DNA from: Bacteroidota bacterium
GTDB lineage: Bacteria; Bacteroidota; Bacteroidia; Bacteroidales; B18-G4
DNA: 39,139 nucleotides
Direction of reading: 5' to 3'
Assembly: GCA_039714935.1 (NCBI GenBank)
Contig: JBDLIJ010000002.1
Coordinates: forward strand, 1-39,139
Shown: in pieces, positions 17,128 to 24,145 of the stretch
How the letters are laid out: each line of letters starts with the position of its first letter
Position numbering within the stretch: the first letter of the stretch is position 1
The notes under the pieces: generated by a model
Seen by the model: only the letters and a program-made list of their open reading frames with translations
Told to the model about the DNA's origin: nothing
Databases searched by the model: none
Made by a program: the position numbers and the translations under genes

Positions 17128-17830
17128 CCGCTGTCCCAATACCGAGACACTCGCCCTGATGAAGTAGAACAACCCTGTCTGCATAGTGTTTTATTGTACT
17201 CAGATTATGACTAACGTGCACGATAGTGCGTCCTTTCACAAATGATTCTGCAAAGATCTCATCGGAGCGGGCCCTGAACCTCTCATCACCAACTCCTCCA
17301 AAAAACTCATCCATAAGAAAGATGTCGGCCTCGGCATGCACGGCAACAGCAAATGCCAGCCGGGCACGCATCCCTCTTGAGAAGTATTTAATCTTGGTAT
17401 TCACAAACTTTTTTAATTCTGCAAATTCAATGATCTTGTCAAATTTTTCCCTCAGATCCATGAGTTTAACACCCATCACTGCCCCATTAAGAAAAATATT
17501 CTCGCGGGCGGTAAGTTCACTGTTAAATCCAAGGCCAAGGCTTAAACGAATATAATTTCCATTTATCTCAGCTATCCCACCCCTGTCGGACTGATAAACG
17601 CCTGTCATAAGATGGATGAGCGTAGATTTCCCACTTCCATTTGCCCCCACAATACCAAGAAATTCACCTTTTTTTACTTCAAGGTTAATATTTTTTACTG
17701 CTGATATCTTTCGCTTGTTCTTACCAGTGATAAAAGCAGCTGACTTTTGCATGAAGTTTCCCGGGTATTTATCCCTGATGGAAAAAGTTTTACTCACATT
17801 GGTTAAACGTATGGCTATATCATCATTCAT
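17063..17830 (-). CDS. Polysaccharide/teichoic-acid-type ABC exporter ATP-binding protein (Wzt/TagH/KpsT-like)
   Basis: Walker A is GANGSGKST, signature is FSRGMRARL, and Walker B is [13 protein letters not shown]. It lies directly downstream of an ABC-2 permease. At 255 aa it has no C-terminal glycan-binding extension. Confidence 0.9.
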   Translation of the reverse strand: MNDDIAIRLTNVSKTFSIRDKYPGNFMQKSAAFITGKNKRKISAVKNINLEVKKGEFLGIVGANGSGKSTLIHLMTGVYQSDRGGIAEINGNYIRLSLGLGFNSELTARENIFLNGAVMGVKLMDLREKFDKIIEFAELKKFVNTKIKYFSRGMRARLAFAVAVHAEADIFLMDEFFGGVGDERFRARSDEIFAESFVKGRTIVHVSHNLSTIKHYADRVVLLHQGECLGIGTADEIFALYKQTIKVKKLNLRDE

Positions 17831-17836
17831 TGCTCT

Positions 17837-18634
17837 TTATACTTTTTCTATTGCTTTGTGGAAATATTTTTTAAACACCACAAGCCCAATAATGAGTACA
17901 ATACCTGCATACGCAAAGTCGTATGCTGTAATAAACCAGTCAGGCTCTTTCCCATACATGATCACATCCCTTGAATTGATAATAATACCTGCAATGGGAT
18001 TAAGGTACAAGAGTTGTGGTATCATTTCAAAAACCTTCTGCTTTGCAAAAAATATCGGATTGATCCAAAACATCAGCAACAAAAACAAATCCCATATTTG
18101 AGTGATGTCCTTGAGGTAAACGTGGATAGTAGATAAGATCAGGCTTAGACCAAGGGCGAGAATAACCAGATTTAAAATATATAATGGATAATACAGTAGC
18201 TTCCATGTTAATGGTATCTGCATAAGCTGCAAGATGATAATGAAAACGAACAGGTTGACAATAAGTCCGATAAGGCTTGTTAAGACAGAGGAGTAATAAA
18301 CATCTAATTTGTTGAACCGTATATTTTCAAAAAGATAGCGTTTGCTCCTGATTACTGCGATCCCTTTTTTCGTTGCTTCCTGAAAATACATCCAGATAAT
18401 AATTCCTGAAAAGATGTATAAGCCGTAATGCGGAATGTCTTTGGCAAAAACATATGAAAATACAATGTAATATATCAGAATACGTATTAATGGGAAAACA
18501 AATGCCCAAAAAATACCAAGAATATTGGTGCTGTACCTTAGTTTAAAATCAGTTTTTGCTAAAATCCATATTCTTTCCAGCCGATTATTTTCTGGTAATA
18601 AAGAAATAGTGCTGCCACTGAACATTCCCGCCAT
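17837..18634 (-). CDS. ABC-2 type polysaccharide exporter permease (Wzm/TagG-like)
   Basis: 265 aa and about 6 TM segments. The N-terminal region FKLRYSTNILGIFWAFVFPL is typical of ABC2_membrane. It is paired with the Wzt-like ATPase. Confidence 0.85.
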   Translation of the reverse strand: MAGMFSGSTISLLPENNRLERIWILAKTDFKLRYSTNILGIFWAFVFPLIRILIYYIVFSYVFAKDIPHYGLYIFSGIIIWMYFQEATKKGIAVIRSKRYLFENIRFNKLDVYYSSVLTSLIGLIVNLFVFIIILQLMQIPLTWKLLYYPLYILNLVILALGLSLILSTIHVYLKDITQIWDLFLLLMFWINPIFFAKQKVFEMIPQLLYLNPIAGIIINSRDVIMYGKEPDWFITAYDFAYAGIVLIIGLVVFKKYFHKAIEKV

Positions 18635-18650
18635 TTGATTCTGCTTTTGA

Positions 18651-18658
18651 CAAAGATA
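18651..18658 (-). promoter_or_regulatory. Candidate -7 box (TAtcTTTG) for the wzm-led minus-strand operon
   Basis: Exact TAnnTTTG on the minus strand about 17 nt upstream of the ATG at 18634. Confidence 0.45.
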
Positions 18659-18689
18659 AATAATTTAGCATAGTATAAGCGTTTTTTGA

Positions 18690-18697
18690 TATATTTG
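18690..18697 (+). promoter_or_regulatory. Candidate -7 box (TAtaTTTG) for the divergent plus-strand operon
   Basis: Exact TAnnTTTG 13 nt upstream of the ATG at 18710. It lies inside the TTG-extended ORF, which argues for the shorter start. Confidence 0.45.
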
Positions 18698-18709
18698 GGC
18701 TGGTGCAGG

Positions 18710-20593
18710 ATGCTTATGAAGAAAGATAAAAATAAACCGCTTAAGAAGAGAATAACCTGGCTGCAAAAAATTATTCCGGCAGCGGGCATCATATTGATCG
18801 TAAGTGGTTTTATTGCGTATTCGAATACTTTTGATGCATCCTTCCAATGGGACGACTTGCCACAAATATTGGATAAGGATGTTGTGCATGACCCCGCTAA
18901 CTTTCTGAGTTTTGATGCCTGGAGAAATGTGAATCTTAGGCCGTTCTCACAGTGGACGTTCTCACTTAATTATGTTGCCGGGGGCGATCATGTTGCAGGC
19001 TATCACCTTGTTAACCTCTTGCTTCATATCCTGACTGCTTTCCTGATATTTCTGTTTTCCCGTTTTACGATAGGCCTGCTCACAGGTGAAGAAAGCCTTG
19101 ATCAAAGGCTTAAAGATGTGAGCGCATTGTTTATTGCACTGCTTTTTCTGCTTCATCCTTTACAGACCATGGCCGTGACATATATTGTGCAACGGATGAC
19201 CATCCTGGCTGCCCTGTTTTATGTGCTGGCTGTATTTTTCTACGCGAAAGGACGCATACTGTATCTGGGAAATAAGGAAAAAAAGGGCATTGGCCTGTTG
19301 GTGCTGGCCATATTTGCTGGTATTCTTGGTGTGTTGTCAAAGCAGAATGCCGTTACTTTTCCTGTAGCTTTCCTTTTGTACGAATTATTTTTTGTCAGGA
19401 AGGCCAACGGACAGATGTGCAGAAAATATATTATCACCGGTGGATCTGCTATTGTGCTTACCTTTCTGATCATTCTTGTTTCAGGGGTATTGCCGGTGGA
19501 GACTTCCAACATTACACGCATTGAATATCTCAGTGCCCAGTTTGGCATATTCCATAAATATATACTTCTTATCTTATTTCCTGTCAGCCAGAATGTCGAT
19601 TATTTCATACGCGTAGAGCCACCCTTGTTTGGGGCAGCGCAATATCTGGGTATATTCATAATACTTGCTATGGCGGGAGGGGCAAGCTATCTCTTTAAAA
19701 GAAATAGACTGATCGCCTTTGGAATTTTCTGGTTCCTGATGACCATGTCTGTTGAATCAAGCCTCATCCCAATCAGGGATATCATGATGGAACATCGTAT
19801 GTATCTTCCCCTGCTGGGGATAGGAATGGTGGCGGCCGGGCTGATCATGCAATTTGTGGCTTTCAATTCCAGGCTTGGCTTGTATATTGCCGGGATCGTC
19901 ATCTTTATCATCCTGGGCACCGCAAGCTTTAACCGTAATAAGATTTGGAAAACGAAACTTACCCTATGGGAAGATTGCCTGGAGAGAAACCCTGAAAATC
20001 CGCGGGCCATGAATAATCTCGGGCTCGTCATCAAGATCAATGCTGATGCCGCCCCAACCTTGCAAGCACGACAGCGAGACCTTCGTACGGCCATTACATA
20101 TTTCAGTAATGCTATGAAGTGCGATACGATATTTGTTCAGGCTTACCTCAATCGTGGACTGACATGGTTTGAGTTAAAAGAATATAACAAAGCCCTCAGC
20201 GATATTAACACGGTAGTGGAGCATCAGCCTAAGGAAGAGTACCTGAGTTATTATGTACAGGGAGTGGCATTAGCCAAGCAGGGGGAGATCGAAGCCGCCG
20301 CTACTATGCTTAATAAGGCTGCACTAATGAAGAATGACTTTGCTCTGATACACACCTGGCGTGGTCTTGTTTATGCTGAATTGAAGAATTATCAGATGGC
20401 CCTGGATAGCTATCTTATGTCACTTAAGCTTAATCCTGACCAGGCGATACTGTATGTTAACGTTTCCAATATGTATTACTACCTTCGCGAGTACCAGGAT
20501 GCCCTCATGTGGATAACAAAAGCACAGGATGCGGGTGAGCAGGTCGACTATGAATATATTCACATACTTGAAGAACAGGTCACAGGGAGATAA
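18710..20593 (+). CDS. Polytopic membrane protein with C-terminal TPR repeats (TMTC/PMT-like, probable GT-C fold glycosyltransferase)
   Basis: The N-terminus reads YSNTFDASFQWDDLPQI..N..V, then RPFSQWTFSLNY...GYHLVNLLLHIL, as in the DUF1736/PMT_2-type family. About 10 TM segments follow. After roughly aa 430 there are TPR-like repeats (AYLNRGLTWFELKEYNKAL etc.). Confidence 0.75.
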   Translation: MLMKKDKNKPLKKRITWLQKIIPAAGIILIVSGFIAYSNTFDASFQWDDLPQILDKDVVHDPANFLSFDAWRNVNLRPFSQWTFSLNYVAGGDHVAGYHLVNLLLHILTAFLIFLFSRFTIGLLTGEESLDQRLKDVSALFIALLFLLHPLQTMAVTYIVQRMTILAALFYVLAVFFYAKGRILYLGNKEKKGIGLLVLAIFAGILGVLSKQNAVTFPVAFLLYELFFVRKANGQMCRKYIITGGSAIVLTFLIILVSGVLPVETSNITRIEYLSAQFGIFHKYILLILFPVSQNVDYFIRVEPPLFGAAQYLGIFIILAMAGGASYLFKRNRLIAFGIFWFLMTMSVESSLIPIRDIMMEHRMYLPLLGIGMVAAGLIMQFVAFNSRLGLYIAGIVIFIILGTASFNRNKIWKTKLTLWEDCLERNPENPRAMNNLGLVIKINADAAPTLQARQRDLRTAITYFSNAMKCDTIFVQAYLNRGLTWFELKEYNKALSDINTVVEHQPKEEYLSYYVQGVALAKQGEIEAAATMLNKAALMKNDFALIHTWRGLVYAELKNYQMALDSYLMSLKLNPDQAILYVNVSNMYYYLREYQDALMWITKAQDAGEQVDYEYIHILEEQVTGR

Positions 20594-20599
20594 ATCAGG

Positions 20600-21316
20600 A
20601 TGAAAGTATTAATTATCATACCCGTTTACAATGAAGCTGCAAGCATAGAGCAGGTGATCACAGACGTACACAAAGCATACCCTGACTTTGATATCCTGGT
20701 TGTGAACGACTCCAGCAAGGATGATTCAGCGCTTATCGCTGCCCGTACAGGTCTGGCTGAAGTGGTGAATCTGCCGTACAATCTCGGAATCGGAGGTGCG
20801 GTGCAAACTGGTTTCAAGTATGCACGGGGAAAAGATTACGATATTGCCTTACAATTTGATGGCGATGGCCAGCATAAGGTTGTTGAAATTGAAAAACTGG
20901 TGAAAGTTGTAGAGAGCGGGCAGGCCGATGTGGTGATCGGCTCGAGATTTAATAAAAAGTCAAACGGCTTTACAACAAATGCCCTGAGGAGGATTGGGAT
21001 ACGTATTTTTCAGTTTGCCAGCTACCTCATGATAAGTCAGCGGATCACTGACCATACCTCCGGCTTCAGAGCCTATAACAGGAAGTCGTTTTGCTTTCTT
21101 GCGGATAATTACCCGACTGACTTTCCTGAACCGGAAGTGGTAATCCTGCTCGGCCGTAACCGCTTTATCATGAAAGAAATATTTACACAGATGCTTCGCC
21201 GTCAGGGAGGCATCTCATCCATCCCGGTGGCAAAAGGTCCTTATTATATGGTAAAGGTCCTGCTGGCCATGTTTATGGCTGCCATCAGGTCGAGGATCAT
21301 TTTACAACATAAATAA
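20600..21316 (+). CDS. GT2 polyprenyl-phosphate glycosyltransferase-like (DPM1/ArnC/GtrB-type)
   Basis: Motifs are IIIPVYNEAASI, LVVNDSSKDDS and FDGDGQH, with a C-terminal hydrophobic segment. Confidence 0.9.
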   Translation: MKVLIIIPVYNEAASIEQVITDVHKAYPDFDILVVNDSSKDDSALIAARTGLAEVVNLPYNLGIGGAVQTGFKYARGKDYDIALQFDGDGQHKVVEIEKLVKVVESGQADVVIGSRFNKKSNGFTTNALRRIGIRIFQFASYLMISQRITDHTSGFRAYNRKSFCFLADNYPTDFPEPEVVILLGRNRFIMKEIFTQMLRRQGGISSIPVAKGPYYMVKVLLAMFMAAIRSRIILQHK

Positions 21317-21324
21317 TATTGATC

Positions 21325-21693
21325 ATGGAAGAAATCAGCCAGATACAAATTGTTGCCATCGCAGTAAGCTTATTTCTGTTTCTTTTTATCATGTACCTGA
21401 TCAGGAGCCAACGCCTGAAAGAAGAATACTCCCTGCTATGGATATTTTTCAGCCTGGTATTCATACTATTCTCATTCTGGCGCAGTGGCCTTGACTACGT
21501 TTCTGAATTCCTGGGCGTCGCATACCCGCCTGCCGCCCTGTTTATGATATTGCTGATGGCCATATTTCTTATCCTGATTGAATTTTCTATCATCATCAGC
21601 AAGCTGGCCGAAAGAAATAAAATCCTGGCCCAGGAGATAGGCTTGCTTAAACAAAAACTGGAGAATATTGAACATGGAAGTAATGAAGAATGA
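21325..21693 (+). CDS. DUF2304-like small membrane protein
   Basis: LIRSQRLKEEYSLLWIFFSL, two further TM segments and a C-terminal coiled region are present. This gene type classically follows GT2 genes. Confidence 0.7.
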   Translation: MEEISQIQIVAIAVSLFLFLFIMYLIRSQRLKEEYSLLWIFFSLVFILFSFWRSGLDYVSEFLGVAYPPAALFMILLMAIFLILIEFSIIISKLAERNKILAQEIGLLKQKLENIEHGSNEE

Positions 21694-21709
21694 TGAATGA
21701 AGAATGGGC
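21682..21709. repeat. Degenerate heptamer tandem repeat (AATGAAG-like, x4)
   Basis: The tract reads aatgaag aatgatg aatgaag aatgggc. It spans the stop codon of the DUF2304 gene and the convergent intergenic gap. Confidence 0.7.
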
Positions 21710-21719
21710 AAGTAGCTGG

Positions 21720-22817
21720 TTACTGATGATCAGAACCAAGTTTTTTATACAGCTTTAAATATTGCTCCATTGTGTGTGTAAAGTGGAATTGTTTCACAGG
21801 GCTGGTGAACCATTCGCCTCTGTGAGCTTTTTGCAGGGCTTCCATCAATCCCTTATCATCAAAGCTATCCATAATAATATGCTTGCCGCAGACTACTTCT
21901 GTAAGTGCACCTTTCCCCGAGGAGATGATTGGGATGCCCAGGGCAATGCTTTCTGCTGCAGCATAACAAAAGCCTTCGCTATAAGAAGGAATAAGCACGC
22001 AGCTTGAGTGTTGAAGCTCTTTTTGGAGTTGGTCTGTGTCCAGGTGATGCAGGAGTGTATATCTTTCTTCCGGGAGCTTGCCAAGGGCATTAGTAACACG
22101 ATTAAGGAAAGATGACGGATTTTTGGGAATGATCATCTTCAGGTGTGCTGCCTGATATTGCTTTAAAATCCCGGGCGCGGCCTCAAGGATATGGTCGATG
22201 CCCTTGGATATACCAAGCCTGCCGAAATAGGTAAACACAAAATTGTCAGGTGGGATGTAAGCAGAAGCATCATATTCCGAATATTCCAGGCCGTTGTATA
22301 TCCGGAGTACTTTGTTTTTTCTTACACCCAGCTTAATAAGTGATTCGGCGGTATAGTCCGAGACAGCGATATATTTGTGAAATCCAAAGTGTAAAATTAA
22401 TTTCTCGTAGAGGAAGTAGAGTATTTTACTGATCAGGCTTGCATAAGGTAACTTAAACCATAGTTTACCCCATGCTTCATGGAAGGTGATGATCACTTTC
22501 TTTCGCGTGAGCCATCCCGCAATCCTGGCTGGAAAGGCAGCATTGAATGAGGTCGTATGAATGATGTCAGCCTTACGTGCCTCCTTTAGCATACCCCATA
22601 CGCCGAAGAATGTGAAAAGAAAACGTGATGATAGCTTGAGGCGTTTGATGTTGACTCCCTTAAGCTCTTCCCTGGCAGGAAGGTCATTGCGGAAGCGTGT
22701 TGTGATCACTCTTACATCATGGCCCTGCACCACAAGTTCCTCTGCAAGCGATTTAAACAGCTTTTCAATGCCCCCGATATTGGGATAATACAACTCGAGT
22801 ATGAATAGTATTTTCAT
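21720..22817 (-). CDS. GT4 family glycosyltransferase (GT-B)
   Basis: MKILFILELYYPNIGGIEK is at the N-terminus and PSYSEGFCYAAAESIALGIPIISS is in the C-terminal domain. Confidence 0.9.
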   Translation of the reverse strand: MKILFILELYYPNIGGIEKLFKSLAEELVVQGHDVRVITTRFRNDLPAREELKGVNIKRLKLSSRFLFTFFGVWGMLKEARKADIIHTTSFNAAFPARIAGWLTRKKVIITFHEAWGKLWFKLPYASLISKILYFLYEKLILHFGFHKYIAVSDYTAESLIKLGVRKNKVLRIYNGLEYSEYDASAYIPPDNFVFTYFGRLGISKGIDHILEAAPGILKQYQAAHLKMIIPKNPSSFLNRVTNALGKLPEERYTLLHHLDTDQLQKELQHSSCVLIPSYSEGFCYAAAESIALGIPIISSGKGALTEVVCGKHIIMDSFDDKGLMEALQKAHRGEWFTSPVKQFHFTHTMEQYLKLYKKLGSDHQ

Positions 22818-23920
22818 GATATCAGGAGGTTTTTTATTTCTTTATCAAACTTCAGGGCATGTTCTTCCCAGCTGAACTTTTCAGCTTGCTTTATGGCTTT
22901 ATCCGATAATTCTGTTCGCAGCTTCTCATCTGATGAGATCTCTGCCATGGCATCTGCCAGTTCTTTTGGCGATTCGGGATTGAAGTACAGGGCAGCGTCC
23001 CCGCCAACTTCTGGCAGGCTGGAAGTACTTGACAAGAGGCAGGGGGTGCCGCACGACATGGCCTCCACAACTGGCAGGCCGAAGCCCTCGTATTTTGATG
23101 GAAACACAAAAGCTGAGGCATGACTGTATAAGGCTGGCATCTGCGCTCTGTCTATGAAACCTGTCAATATGATGTCTTGCCTGTATGGGTGTTTTGCCAG
23201 ATGCCTGTAAAAAGATTTGCTCTTCCAACCTTTCTGTCCGGCAATTACCAGCTGCTGCTTCAAGCCCGTACGTTCTTTATAAAGTGCAAATGCTTCAAGA
23301 AGACAGCTCAGGTTCTTCCTGGGTTCAATGGTTCCCGTGAAAAGAAAATAGTTGCTTTCCTTGAGATCGAATGCCGGGTCTGGCAATTGCTCAGTTTTTC
23401 GGATGGCCTGGTCTTTTCCCAGGTAGATGTTAAGCGTTTTGTTTACAGCCGAATCAAGATAGTCAATAACATCCTTCCTTGTATTCTTTGAATTTGTGAT
23501 GATGAGGGAGGCCCTTTTTAGAATGCTTTTAAGGAATATTCTTTGTAAAAGCTGGCTGTGAAAAGGATGAAACTCAGGGAAGAGTACAGGGGTGAGGTCA
23601 TGTATCACTGTAAGCCTTTTTATCTTTTTGGGAAGGTTAAACGGTCCAAAATGTGCCGGCTCCACCACCATATCAGCTTTCAGCCTCCTGATCTTCCAGG
23701 GAATGATGCAGAACATCCGCAAGGCAGCATAGCCCGGGAAATGGAAATTTCTGATAATAATCTGCCGTTCAGGAGGAAAGAGATCATCTTTTTTCCTGCG
23801 GATGATATAATATGCTCCCTGCTTATCGATCTTTCCCAACTCTTTCACCAAACTTCGGGTATAGTAGTGAATACCTGCACGCTGATTATCAAGAGGGTCT
23901 GCCAGGATTATAATTCGCAT
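22814..23920 (-). CDS. GT4 family glycosyltransferase (GT-B)
   Basis: PSKYEGFGLPVVEAMSCGTPCLLSSTSSLPEVGG is present. There is a 4-nt overlap with the downstream GT4 gene. Confidence 0.9.
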   Translation of the reverse strand: MRIIILADPLDNQRAGIHYYTRSLVKELGKIDKQGAYYIIRRKKDDLFPPERQIIIRNFHFPGYAALRMFCIIPWKIRRLKADMVVEPAHFGPFNLPKKIKRLTVIHDLTPVLFPEFHPFHSQLLQRIFLKSILKRASLIITNSKNTRKDVIDYLDSAVNKTLNIYLGKDQAIRKTEQLPDPAFDLKESNYFLFTGTIEPRKNLSCLLEAFALYKERTGLKQQLVIAGQKGWKSKSFYRHLAKHPYRQDIILTGFIDRAQMPALYSHASAFVFPSKYEGFGLPVVEAMSCGTPCLLSSTSSLPEVGGDAALYFNPESPKELADAMAEISSDEKLRTELSDKAIKQAEKFSWEEHALKFDKEIKNLLIS

Positions 23921-24145
23921 CAGAGTAAATAAAGTGAGCTAGCATTTTAAGTAAGCTAAAGTAATTAAAGTTCTTGAAATCCGAAATTCGAAAGCACCTA
24001 CTGCCAATTGCCTCACACCCCCCACACATGCATAATATCTGCATAATTGTTGATTTTCAATGAGAAATGTTGTATTTTTACAGTCAGCCACATTCTTATC
24101 TTTAATCTGAAGGGTTTTTTACTGTTAAATTTAACGCCTTCAGTC

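Noticed and set aside
18686-18709. Upstream TTG/ATG extensions of several ORFs in the track (4335, 18686, 21319, 24047, 31103, 33115).
   Set aside because: In each case an internal ATG is followed directly by a signal peptide or the conserved N-terminus. For 18710 and 31178, a TAnnTTTG box lies inside the extension.
23921-24145. Invertible (phase-variable) promoter between the GT4 operon and the GEVED gene, as at Bacteroides capsule loci.
   Set aside because: No pair of inverted repeats of 15 bp or more brackets the region. Only short local hairpins are present (cgaaattcg; ctgaagg...ccttcag next to the start codon), and there is no nearby recombinase.
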